DNA of 64,000 nucleotides from Candidatus Daviesbacteria bacterium (GTDB lineage: Bacteria; Patescibacteriota; Microgenomatia; Daviesbacterales; UBA10151): the NCBI GenBank assembly GCA_016187025.1, contig JACPKM010000001.1, positions 320,055-384,054 of the forward strand, in the 5' to 3' direction. Positions 51,354 through 61,115 of the stretch are shown here, piece by piece (position 1 is the stretch's first letter; each line of letters begins with the position of its first letter). Position numbers and translations under genes: made by a program. The notes below the pieces were generated by a model, which saw nothing but the letters and a program-made list of their open reading frames with translations, had not been told where the DNA came from and ran no database searches.

Positions 51354-51383
51354 ATTTTATACCTAATAATAGCTGCTTGTCAA
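51354..51383 (-). promoter_or_regulatory. Sigma70-like promoter for the leader and operon
   Basis: TTGACA (51383-78), 18-nt spacer, TAAAAT (51359-54). Confidence 0.7.
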
Positions 51384-51412
51384 TAGTTGGTCCCGCCTGA
51401 TATTATGCAAGC

Positions 51413-52732
51413 ATGAACAGAACTTTAATCTTAGATTGTATTGAAAAAACGGGAGAGGATGTCAAGATTTGTGGTTTTGTACAAACAAAAAGGGATCATG
51501 GGAAGATTACTTTTATTGATATTGTTGACAGAAGTGGACAAATCCAAGTTGTTTTAGGTGGAGGAAAAGGAGCAGGTCTGCATCCACAAGATGTTGTATG
51601 TATAACAGGTAAGGTAAACAAGAGGCCAGAAAACTTAGTAAATAAAAATATACCCACTGGAGAGATAGAAATTTACTCAGAAGAGATAAAGGTTTTATCT
51701 AAAGCTGCTGAACTGCCATTTGACATGGGAGGAAAAGATTTAGATTTACAGCTCCCAACCCTTTTAGATTACCGGTCTTTAACACTAAGACATCCAAAGA
51801 TAAAAGATATTTTCAAAGTTCAATCAGCCATTCTAGAAGGATTTAGAAAAGCCTGTCTAAAAAGAGATTGTATAGAAATTATTGTTCCAACTATAGCAGC
51901 CTCTTCAACTGAGGGTGGAGCAGAGGTTTTTAAAGTCGATTATTATGGTCATAAAGCGTTTATGACTCAGTCTCCTCAACTCTATAAACAAATGCTAATA
52001 CCTGTTTTTGAAAGAGTTTTTACCATAGCCCATGCCTATAGAGCTGAGCCTTCGGTTACCACCAGACACTTATCAGAAACTACCCAAATGGATTGTGAAT
52101 TTGGTTTTGTTGATTTTCAGGATTTGCTAAATTTGCTGGAAGAAATAGCTGTAGAAATGCTGACCTTTGTGCAAGAAAAATATCCTCATATTTTAGAAGA
52201 GTTTAAAGTATCAAAGCTTGCCACAGGCAAAATTCCTCGATTAAGGTTAAGAGAAGCACAAGAAATAATTTTTAAAGAATTCAAAAGAGACAACAGAAAA
52301 GAAAAGGATTTAACCCCGCAAGATGAAGTTGATATTTGCAAATGGGCCTTAGAAAAACATAATAGCGATTTTGTAACAATTACTCATTTTCCAATGATGG
52401 CAAAACCATTTTATACCCACCCTGATCCACAAGATCCCCAGTACAGTCTAAGCTATGACTTGCTTTTTAGAGGCACTGAAATATTGTCTGGTAGTCAAAG
52501 GATCAATGATTTTGAAATGCTGGCTCAGTCTATTCAAAAAAGAGGGATGGATCCAAAAGATTTTGAAATGTATCTTCAGGCTTTTAAATATGGTATGCCT
52601 CCTGAAGGCGGTTTCTCTTATGGAATGGAAAGGTTAACAAAGCTACTTCTAGGTTTAGAAAACATTAGGGAAGCCAGTTTATATCCAAGAGATATGGAAC
52701 GGGTTGATGTAAGACTCTCTAAAAAAGAGTAG
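51413..52732 (+). CDS. aspS: Aspartyl-tRNA synthetase, short non-discriminating type
   Basis: OB fold RDHGKI.F.D, TEGGAEVF, QSPQLYKQ, RAEPS.TTRHL.E, YGMPPEGG...G.ERL. Confidence 0.95.
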   Translation: MNRTLILDCIEKTGEDVKICGFVQTKRDHGKITFIDIVDRSGQIQVVLGGGKGAGLHPQDVVCITGKVNKRPENLVNKNIPTGEIEIYSEEIKVLSKAAELPFDMGGKDLDLQLPTLLDYRSLTLRHPKIKDIFKVQSAILEGFRKACLKRDCIEIIVPTIAASSTEGGAEVFKVDYYGHKAFMTQSPQLYKQMLIPVFERVFTIAHAYRAEPSVTTRHLSETTQMDCEFGFVDFQDLLNLLEEIAVEMLTFVQEKYPHILEEFKVSKLATGKIPRLRLREAQEIIFKEFKRDNRKEKDLTPQDEVDICKWALEKHNSDFVTITHFPMMAKPFYTHPDPQDPQYSLSYDLLFRGTEILSGSQRINDFEMLAQSIQKRGMDPKDFEMYLQAFKYGMPPEGGFSYGMERLTKLLLGLENIREASLYPRDMERVDVRLSKKE

Positions 52733-52767
52733 CATAAAAAATTCCAAATAGATTTATAGTTTCTCAG

Positions 52768-53700
52768 ATGAAGCATTATTTTTACTCTGCTGTCTTAGTA
52801 TTAAGTAGCATCTTATTTATTACTATTTTACCCATTGCTGTGCAATCAACCCAAGATTTGCTTATTTCTTATCAGGTTCCAGCTAATAACTCTGATGTAG
52901 CGGGGGTAAGTAAAATTAACCTTCCTCCTATAAGCCTCAATATCCAGGTTCCTTTTTATAGTGCCAAAGCAGTGCTTGTTAAAGATTTAACCTCAGGAAG
53001 CGTTCTTTATCAAAAAAATGCCAGTAGTAGACTCCCTATTGCCTCAACTACCAAAATAATGACAGCGCTAACCTCAAGTGAGTATTTTGCTCAGAACACT
53101 GTTTTAACAGTGAGTCAAGCAGCCAGTATTGGTGGTTCAACAACAGGGCTTTATAAAGGTGAGGTGATTTCATTTAGGTCTTTACTTTACGGGATGCTTT
53201 TGAACTCTGGTAATGATGCAGCATTTGCTATTGCTGAGAACTATCCAGGTGGGGTAGTGGGGTTTGTATCAGCAATGAATAAAAAGGTTGCCCAGCTAAA
53301 CTTAAAAAACACCCATTTTGATAACCCAGCTGGATTTGATAGCTCCAATCACTTCTCCTCTGCTTTTGATTTAGCAAAAATTACTGAGGAATCTTTAAAA
53401 AACTCTAACCTGACAAGGGTGTTTTCCACCAAAGACACAGAAGTTTTTTCCTGGGACAAAAAGTATAAACACCAACTGCATAACCTAAATAAACTTTTAT
53501 CTCAAGTCTCAGGGGTACTAGGGGTCAAAACTGGCTATACCGAACAGGCCAAAGAAAACTTGGTCACATTGGTTGATAGAAAGGGTCATAAAATACTAGT
53601 TGTTGTGCTGGGAAGCGAAGATAGGTTCGGAGAGTCAACAAATTTAATTGAATGGGCTTACCAAAATTTCACCTGGTCTGATCAAGGAATTGTTCAGTAA
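52768..53700 (+). CDS. D-alanyl-D-alanine carboxypeptidase (S11)
   Basis: ASTTKIMT (SxxK), SGN, KTG. Confidence 0.93.
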   Translation: MKHYFYSAVLVLSSILFITILPIAVQSTQDLLISYQVPANNSDVAGVSKINLPPISLNIQVPFYSAKAVLVKDLTSGSVLYQKNASSRLPIASTTKIMTALTSSEYFAQNTVLTVSQAASIGGSTTGLYKGEVISFRSLLYGMLLNSGNDAAFAIAENYPGGVVGFVSAMNKKVAQLNLKNTHFDNPAGFDSSNHFSSAFDLAKITEESLKNSNLTRVFSTKDTEVFSWDKKYKHQLHNLNKLLSQVSGVLGVKTGYTEQAKENLVTLVDRKGHKILVVVLGSEDRFGESTNLIEWAYQNFTWSDQGIVQ

Positions 53701-54706
53701 TAGCAGGTACCAAAGCTACAAACTCCGGACCTTCAAACATAAAAATTGGTTGCAGATAAGAAGAAAATTCTTTTGAAGAATAATATGCCAAAGAAACGGA
53801 GGTGATCGATACTTTTGCTTTTTTAGGTTTTGAAATAATAATTCCTTTACCTGATTGTAAATCTTCAAAGGCTTGTTGACCGGTTTTGACAGGGTATGTG
53901 GCAAAGGTAGTTTTATCAATTGGCCAGAATTTATAATCAAGCTCAAAATAATCCTGCAGGTTTTTTCCGTTATCTTTGATAACGGCGTTTACCAAAGAGA
54001 CAGATGTTTGTTCAGAAATAACAGGTATTTTGTCTATATCCTCAGGCCATAAAGACACTTGAGCGGCTTGAGCATCAGATTGAGAGTCAGATATGGTAAA
54101 ATCCTCACCCTCTATTTTTAAAAAGTTAACTTTTGACCTGCCATTTTGCAAAGAGCTATCAGGTAGGTCTAGAGCCAGTAAAAAGCTTTTAAAGTTTAAA
54201 ACAAGTTGCTGGTCAGATTCAGTTATTTTTTGTTCTGATGATTTGGTCGCCTCATTTTTGTAAGTAAAGTTACCTGAATCAAGATTTACCGTTAAGCTTT
54301 GATTGTCTTGTGAGAACAAGTATTCTGTTTCAGATTGGATTTTAGGCTCAGAATTGATTCCAAACTTTTTTGCCAAACTCTTGGTTTTATCACCTGATAA
54401 GAAAGAGGTATACGGTTGTGGTATGAAGTAGACTTTCATTATCTTTTCAAATTTAGGAAATCCACCAGTGGTAGTATCCAAAGAATAAGAAAAATTTGAA
54501 GATGAAATATCTGAGGTAGGGAGTTTAGGGTATGGCAAAATGCCAAACTTGGTATCTGGTTTTTCCTCAACCGGAGGAAGGCTTGGTAAATAATAAAAGT
54601 TATACCAAATCTTGTACCCACTAAAACTAACAATACCTACAAAAAGAGTAATTGCAGAAATTAAAATTAGGTTTTTGGTTAAAATGGCAGTTTGTGTAAG
54701 TGTCAT
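53669..54706 (-). CDS. Hypothetical membrane-anchored protein
   Basis: N-terminal TM; C-terminal LAYY...YLQPIF.F.G...ALVPA. Confidence 0.8.
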   Translation of the reverse strand: MTLTQTAILTKNLILISAITLFVGIVSFSGYKIWYNFYYLPSLPPVEEKPDTKFGILPYPKLPTSDISSSNFSYSLDTTTGGFPKFEKIMKVYFIPQPYTSFLSGDKTKSLAKKFGINSEPKIQSETEYLFSQDNQSLTVNLDSGNFTYKNEATKSSEQKITESDQQLVLNFKSFLLALDLPDSSLQNGRSKVNFLKIEGEDFTISDSQSDAQAAQVSLWPEDIDKIPVISEQTSVSLVNAVIKDNGKNLQDYFELDYKFWPIDKTTFATYPVKTGQQAFEDLQSGKGIIISKPKKAKVSITSVSLAYYSSKEFSSYLQPIFMFEGPEFVALVPAITEQFLDQTR

Positions 54707-54795
54707 AGTCTATTCATGTTTCTAACGGAGTTCATTACGATTATATATACTGTTATTATACAGAAAATAAAGGAGGCTGATATAATACTTAACAT

Positions 54796-56214
54796 ATGAG
54801 AGTGAAAACAAGAATGGCACCATCTCCAACAGGCAACCTACATTTAGGCACAGCTTTTGCAACTCTTTGGCCCTTTGTATTGGCAAAAAAGGGTAGCGGC
54901 GGTGAGTTTGTTTTAAGAATAGAGGATACTGATAGAGGGCGTTCTACAAAAGAGTATGAAGAAAATATTATCAACGGACTAAAATGGTTGGGTTTTGAAT
55001 GGGATGAGGGTCCATTCCATCAGATGGATAGGTTAAAACTATATCAAGAGGTTACAGATAAGCTGATTTCTGAGGATAAGGCCTATTTCTGCTTTTGTAC
55101 TAAAGAAGAGCTTGAACAGGAAAGGGAAAATCAAGCCAAAGCACATCTTCCGCAGGTTTACTCTGGTAAGTGCCGCAATCTAACTATAAAAGAGGTAGAA
55201 GCAAAGAAAAAAGAGGGTATTCCTTTTGTGGTGCGGTTTAAGTTACCAGAAGATAGAGGCGTTGTTGAGTATGAGGATTTAATTCATCATACAGTTAAGT
55301 TTGACTCAGCTCTTTTAGGGGATATGGTAATAATGAGGCAAAATGGTATTCCTTTGTACAACTTTGCAGTTGTTGTTGATGATTGGGATATGAAAATTAC
55401 ACAGGTGATAAGAGGAGATGACCATATATCAAATACTCCTAAGCAAATTCTTTTTTTTGAAGCCTTAGGGGCAACTCCTCCGCAATATGCTCATTATCCA
55501 ATGATTTTAAATCAGGACAGGCAAGGAAAGCTTTCCAAAAGAACCGGCTCAACTTCTGTTGAGGAGTATAAAAAAGACGGTTATTTGCCGGAGTCCTTAA
55601 TTAATTATTTAGCCCTGCTAGGTTGGACTCATCCTGAGGGAAAGGAAATATTTGATATTGCTGAGTTAATAGAAAAATTTGATATTAAAGATATGAACAG
55701 TTCTGCTAGTGCCTGGAACCAGCAGAAACTTGATTGGATAAACGGGGAGTATATCCGCAAGTTATCAGATGAGGAGTTAACAGAAAGACTGCAAGATTTC
55801 CTGGTTGACCATCCGGCCAGGGAAAAAATTGCACCGGTAGTGCCCTTAATAAAGGAAAGAATCAAAAAATTATCAGATTTTATTCCTCTGACAGACTTTT
55901 TATTCGGCAAACCAGAATATGAAAAAGTAATTTTTGAGCAAGTAGTGGGGGATAAAAAGGCCCAGCTCCCAATGTTTTTATCCGAGATTAAAAGCACTTT
56001 GGAAAAAGCCTCTAGGCCTTGGAGTGCACAAGATTTTGAAAGGTCCTTTAGAGAGTTGGCAGAAAAACTTGGTCTTAATACCACCCAAATGTTTCAGCTT
56101 ATAAGAATAACTATTTCAGGCAAGAGCGTGACTCCTCCTTTGTTTGAAAGCATTCAACTGCTAGGAGAAGAAGAGACCATAAAAAGAGTAGAAATAGCAA
56201 ACAACCTATTTTAA
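54796..56214 (+). CDS. gltX: Glutamyl-tRNA synthetase
   Basis: R.APSPTG.LH.G, LRIEDTD, VIRG.DH..NT.KQ, KLSKR. Confidence 0.97.
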   Translation: MRVKTRMAPSPTGNLHLGTAFATLWPFVLAKKGSGGEFVLRIEDTDRGRSTKEYEENIINGLKWLGFEWDEGPFHQMDRLKLYQEVTDKLISEDKAYFCFCTKEELEQERENQAKAHLPQVYSGKCRNLTIKEVEAKKKEGIPFVVRFKLPEDRGVVEYEDLIHHTVKFDSALLGDMVIMRQNGIPLYNFAVVVDDWDMKITQVIRGDDHISNTPKQILFFEALGATPPQYAHYPMILNQDRQGKLSKRTGSTSVEEYKKDGYLPESLINYLALLGWTHPEGKEIFDIAELIEKFDIKDMNSSASAWNQQKLDWINGEYIRKLSDEELTERLQDFLVDHPAREKIAPVVPLIKERIKKLSDFIPLTDFLFGKPEYEKVIFEQVVGDKKAQLPMFLSEIKSTLEKASRPWSAQDFERSFRELAEKLGLNTTQMFQLIRITISGKSVTPPLFESIQLLGEEETIKRVEIANNLF

Positions 56215-56262
56215 TTTTTTACAGGCTTGTTAATTTAAATATCTTGTGTTAGAATTAGCCTC

Positions 56263-56592
56263 ATGGAAGACAGTCGTTGGCTAAGACTTATTACTGCAGG
56301 TTTAGTACTTGCGGCAATAGTAGTTGGATATTTCCTAATAACCGGCAGGTTTACAACTGATAAAAAAGATCAGCCAAAGCAAAATCAGCAGGCCACGCGT
56401 CCTGTACAGCAGTTTCAACCGAGCCCAACACCTTCTCCTACAGGTGAACCAGGTGTATCAACAGAATCCGGGCAAATGGGTGATTCTAGTGTTCAGAATT
56501 TACCAAACACCGGCTTTCCTATTGGTTTAGTGGGAATCTTTTCTGCTTCAGCAATGATTTCAGGTTATTACCTTCGTAAATACCCTAAATAA
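56263..56592 (+). CDS. Small LPxTG-motif surface protein
   Basis: N-terminal TM, Q/P/S-rich linker, LPNTG, hydrophobic stretch, RKYPK. Confidence 0.8.
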   Translation: MEDSRWLRLITAGLVLAAIVVGYFLITGRFTTDKKDQPKQNQQATRPVQQFQPSPTPSPTGEPGVSTESGQMGDSSVQNLPNTGFPIGLVGIFSASAMISGYYLRKYPK

Positions 56593-56650
56593 TTTAAATC
56601 CCATATATAAAACTGTGGTATATTATACTTCGCACTCGCAAAACCTTGCC

Positions 56651-56670
56651 TTTTTTGCTATCGCAAAAAA
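56651..56670. repeat. Short palindrome upstream of tRNA-Gln
   Basis: TTTTTTGC-TATC-GCAAAAAA. Confidence 0.6.
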
Positions 56671-56691
56671 CGTAATTTCACGCCTGTATAT

Positions 56692-56765
56692 TGCGGGATC
56701 GTTCAATGGTAGGACGACAGATTCTGGATCTGTCTATCTTGGTCCGAATCCAAGTCCCGCAGCCA
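56692..56765 (+). tRNA. tRNA-Gln(CTG) with encoded CCA
   Basis: Acceptor TGCGGGA/TCCCGCA-G-CCA; anticodon arm ACAGA-TTCTGGA-TCTGT; T-arm CTTGG-TCCGAAT-CCAAG. Confidence 0.95.
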
Positions 56766-57047
56766 AGTAGGGCACCCCAAAGTGACCGGAATGCCTATTT
56801 AGACTGATTAGGCTTGCTAAACCCGCCATTTCTGAACTAAACTTTCGGACGGCCAAAATACCCTCAAAACTCGGATATTGAGGCATAGTCCGGATGCTGA
56901 CGGCCTAAACAAAGAAAAGACCCCATTGCTGAGGTCTAATCCCAAGAGATTCTATTGCTAGAATTCCTCTAACCCTACAGCTTACGCCATAGAGCTATTT
57001 TTAATTTAGTTTAGTTTATGATATTTGTCAATAGGAAAGTGTTGAAA

Positions 57048-57608
57048 TTACTCTGTTTTGCCGGTGAGGAGAGCATCAATAATATCATGTGGCAAAGCAG
57101 CAGCATTAAGGAGAGCTTTTCTGACAATGCCGCCTGCTTCTGATCCTATTTCATCTGCTGCTTTAAGAGTTCCCATTACTGCACTCTTGGCCAGTTCTCC
57201 TGAATCCGCACCAATATCACCTGCTGCTTTAATTGCTCCTTCAACAGAGGAAATAGCCACTTCTCCTACATCTCCACCAACTTTGGAAGCAGTTTTAACA
57301 GCCTGTGAGGCTGCTTCCCCTGCCGCTTCTGTGGCATTTACTCCTGTGTCTTTTACTCCATCAACTACCCCTCTTACCAAACCTGTAACCCCATCAGTTA
57401 AGGAAGCTCCTGTTTGGGAGATAGTTTCCAAACCTTCACCTACCACATCATCAACAGTTTTAAGTCCTGTGGTAGCCACATCTCCTGCTCCTTGAAGAAG
57501 CTGTACAACATTTTCTTTTGCTACATCTTGAACAGTTGAGGCAACATTACCAGCACCTGAAATTACAGAGGATAGAGCATTTTTTAAATCATCAGCTAGA
57601 TTTGACAT
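57048..57608 (-). CDS. Ala/Gly/Val-rich protein with 22-aa amphipathic repeats
   Basis: GVVDGVKDTGVNATEAAGEAAS / QAVKTASKVGGDVGEVAISSVE / GAIKAAGDIGADSGELAKSAVM / GTLKAADEIGSEAGGIVRKALL. Confidence 0.8.
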   Translation of the reverse strand: MSNLADDLKNALSSVISGAGNVASTVQDVAKENVVQLLQGAGDVATTGLKTVDDVVGEGLETISQTGASLTDGVTGLVRGVVDGVKDTGVNATEAAGEAASQAVKTASKVGGDVGEVAISSVEGAIKAAGDIGADSGELAKSAVMGTLKAADEIGSEAGGIVRKALLNAAALPHDIIDALLTGKTE

Positions 57609-57647
57609 TGTTAATACACTACCAAACATTAAAATTTCTGTCAACGA

Positions 57648-58400
57648 TTATTTTTTAGATGCTCTTTTGACAAAACCTTCGAAGGCCCGGAGTATTTCCA
57701 GGGGAGTGACAAATACAATAGTATTATTCTTATCGGCAGAGAGCTCGCTTAAAGTTTGCAGGGTCCTGACATGCAAACCGCCCGCAGTCTTGGCAAGTTT
57801 TCCTGCTGCCAAAGCAATATTTTCCGCTGCGGCTTTTTCCCCTTCCGCCCGGATAATGATCGCCCTTCTTTCCCTTTCCGCCTCTGCCTGCCTTGCAATA
57901 ACACGTTTCATTTCATCCGGCAGGATAATATCTTTTAGTTCCACAGATTCCACTTTTATCCCCCAGGGGTCTGTTGCTTTATCTATAATCTTTTGTATTT
58001 TATCTGCCACCTCGTTTCTTTTGGATAAAAGGTCGTCAAGGGAAGTCTCACCCACCACATTCCGCATGGTGGTTTGTGCCAGTTGAGATACGGCATAGAA
58101 AAAATCTTCCACTTCAATCACTGCCTTGTTGGCTAAACTAATACGGTAATAAATCACAGCATTAACCTTAGCGGAAACATTATCACGGGTGATGGCTTCC
58201 TGATCAGGCACATCAACCGCCTTTACCCTTATATCTATCCTTGTCCAGGACTCTATAATTGGCCAGACAAGCCTCCAGCCGGGCTCCATCAGTCCCACAT
58301 ATTTACCAAATCTGAATTTGACCCCACGCTCATATTGATTGACCTGTTTGATGGAATAGAAAAAAAACAACAATAGGGGAAGCAGCAATAAAGTTTCCAT
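57648..58400 (-). CDS. SPFH/stomatin-like protein
   Basis: QYERGV.FRFGK, QEAITRDNV, AQTT.R.V.G, WGIKV..VE.KD, AEAERERRA. Confidence 0.94.
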   Translation of the reverse strand: METLLLLPLLLFFFYSIKQVNQYERGVKFRFGKYVGLMEPGWRLVWPIIESWTRIDIRVKAVDVPDQEAITRDNVSAKVNAVIYYRISLANKAVIEVEDFFYAVSQLAQTTMRNVVGETSLDDLLSKRNEVADKIQKIIDKATDPWGIKVESVELKDIILPDEMKRVIARQAEAERERRAIIIRAEGEKAAAENIALAAGKLAKTAGGLHVRTLQTLSELSADKNNTIVFVTPLEILRAFEGFVKRASKK

Positions 58401-58406
58401 TTAAGT

Positions 58407-60988
58407 CTAGTATACTATTTTCTGCCGGTAAATAAATTTCCTGATTTCCTCAACTATCAAAATTGATGAAGCAATGGGTATCATTATTAGCCAATCAGAT
58501 AAATCAAGGGCAGTTGTCTTAAGTATCTTTTGCATGAATGGTGTGTAAATAGCAAGCAACTGAAGAACAATAACAGTTATGGTAGCACCAATTAAAAACC
58601 TATTTGAAAACGGATTTAATTGAAAAATAGATTTGCTTTCATGTCTGCAATTCCAGGCATTGAACCATTGGAAAACCGCTAACACTGTAAGTGACATTGT
58701 CCAGGCTTTCACTATATCCTGTTGATAATAGCCTTTGAAAAGAAACAGTGTCCCTATCATCATTGGTATTGCCATCAAAAACATTCTTTGTATGGTTAAT
58801 CCATCAATCAAATACTTTTTAGGATGTTCAAAAGTTCCTTTCAATAAACCTTCTTCTTTTGGTTCCATGGCTAAAGATACAGTTAAGAAACCATCTGTAA
58901 CAAGATTTAGCCAGATAATTTGAGCTGCTAAAATTGGTAAGGGGAACCCCAGCAGTAATGCTCCGGTGATAGTCAATACCTCTCCAAAGCTGGTGGAAAA
59001 GAGATATAAAATAACCTTCTTTATCGTCTTATAAATACTCCTGCCTTCCTCAATAGCTGCAATAATACTGGCAAAGTTATCATCAAGTAAAACTATATCC
59101 GAGGCTTCCTTGGCTACTTCAGTGCCAATCTTACCCATAGACACTCCCAAGTCTGCTGCAACTAATGACGGAGCATCATTTACCCCATCTCCGGTCATAG
59201 CTACAATCACACCTTTTCTTTTATATGCCCTGACAATCTTTAGCTTATGGTCCGGTGTAACTCTGGCAAAAACTGACACTTTAGAGAGCATATCTGCAAA
59301 TTCGTCATCTGACAGTGAATCTATATCCTCTCCTGTCAGGATAGTATCTCCTTCTTTATAAATTCCAGCTTCTCTGGCTATAGCTTCAGCCGTTATTTTG
59401 TGATCTCCAGTAATCATTACTACCTTAATTCCAGCTGAAATAGCTTTTTGCATAGCATCATGAACTTCCGAGCGAAGTGTATCTTTTAGCCCAAAGAATC
59501 CTACAAAGGTAAGTCCTTCCACATCTTTAGGCTTAATATCATCACTGACACTATCTTTCAAAGCAAAAGCTAAAACTCTTAAACCTTCCTGGGACATCTT
59601 TACCAACTCTGCCTCAAGCTCTTTTTTCTTTTCCTGGGATAAAGGATGAGATTTACCTTCATGCCAGATTTTAGTAGTAATTTCTAAAATCTTTTCAGGG
59701 GCACCAAGAACAGTCAACGCAACATGTCCATCAATTTTATGTGATACTGCATGATATTTATTTTTGTAATCAAATGGTATTTCAGACAGTCTGGGAGATT
59801 CTTTCTCTAAAACTTGCCTTTGAAATCCCACCTTTTGAGCAAAAACAGAGAGCGAGGATTCTGTTGGATCGCCAGTTGCCTGCCACTGCTTTGCCTCTTT
59901 GTCGAAAACAACACCATTATTGGTAACAAAAGCAGCCATCTTTCCTGCAAGAAGCAACTCTGGATGATTAAGAGGGTCAATTTTACTGTCATTTAAAATT
60001 ACTTCTCCTTCTGGTTTATAGCCCTCGCCACTTACACTAAATGTTTTTCCTTCCACATAGACCTTTTGTAATAGAATCTCGTTTTTGGTAAGTGTGCCTG
60101 TTTTATCAACTGCTATTACCCTGGCTTGTCCCAATGCTTCAACTGCTTGGAGTTTTTTAACTAAAGCATTTCGTTTACTCATCCTCCAGACTCCTGTTGC
60201 TAAGACTAATGTCATCACAATTGGCAGCCCCTCAGGGATAATGGATACTGCTAAAGACACAACTGTGGTAAACATTTCTCTTACTGAATGGCCTAAGAAA
60301 ATTCCCAGTATAAATATTGAAGTGCACACTACTGCAACAGTGGCAATAATTAGCCTGGTGAGGTAACGGATATTGGCTTTAAGAGGGATTTCTGTGTTGA
60401 TTACAGCTATCTCTTTTGAAATTTTACCCAAAACCGTCTCTAGGCCTATGGCAACAACAACCGCTTTTCCATTACCAGTCACAACATTAGTTCCCTTAAA
60501 AACCATATTCTTTTGGTCAGCAGTTGGTAAATTTGCAGTAGACAATACCTCATCAAATTTATGTACTGGTTGCGACTCACCAGTCATGGCAGCTTCATTA
60601 ACCGTGAGGTTGTTAGATTCAATTATTCTGGCATCGGCTGGTACTTTATCTCCTTCCTGTAAGATAATTACATCCCCAGGTACGACCTCATAATCAGGGA
60701 TTACAAACTCTCTACCATCACGAAGTACCTTAGTATTAGTTTCAGCAAATTTCTTTAAAGCAAGTAAGGTATTTTGTGCCTTACCTTCCTGGATTGTGTA
60801 TAAATAAGAGGGCTTTGAAATTGCCGAAGAAAGATAATTAATAAACTGTCTATCTTTGCATCTGGTAATTTATTTGGTCCGTATTTTTCAAGACGGGCTT
60901 TTACTTCTTCCTTACTTAAACCATTTTCGTTTGAATGAAGGATTCCAAAAATATCATTTACTTTTTTTGTGTGCCAAGCATAGTCCAT
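58407..60988 (-). pseudogene. P2A-type cation (Ca2+-like) P-type ATPase, frameshifted by loss of the TM1-TM2 region
   Basis: GLS..E...RL.KYGPN.L..QF.SPLIY jumps out of frame at about 60798 into TIQEGKA..L; TGES, PEGL, DKTGTLT, TGDGVND intact. Confidence 0.88.
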
Positions 60989-61115
60989 AGCTAAATAAAT
61001 TTACCTCTGTATCCATTCTACTGAATTCTTTGCTGGATTAGTACAATCTAATTCCCAGTCTGTTTTACAATCATTTGGTGAAACAAGTTAGGATTTGAAC
61101 CGGGTTTTGTATCGA

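Noticed and set aside
56766-57047. Hairpin-rich region after tRNA-Gln as a possible ncRNA or att site
   Set aside because: One hairpin is explained as the minus-strand terminator of the 57048 gene; the rest pairs weakly, and I found no duplicate of the tRNA-Gln 3' end in the window.
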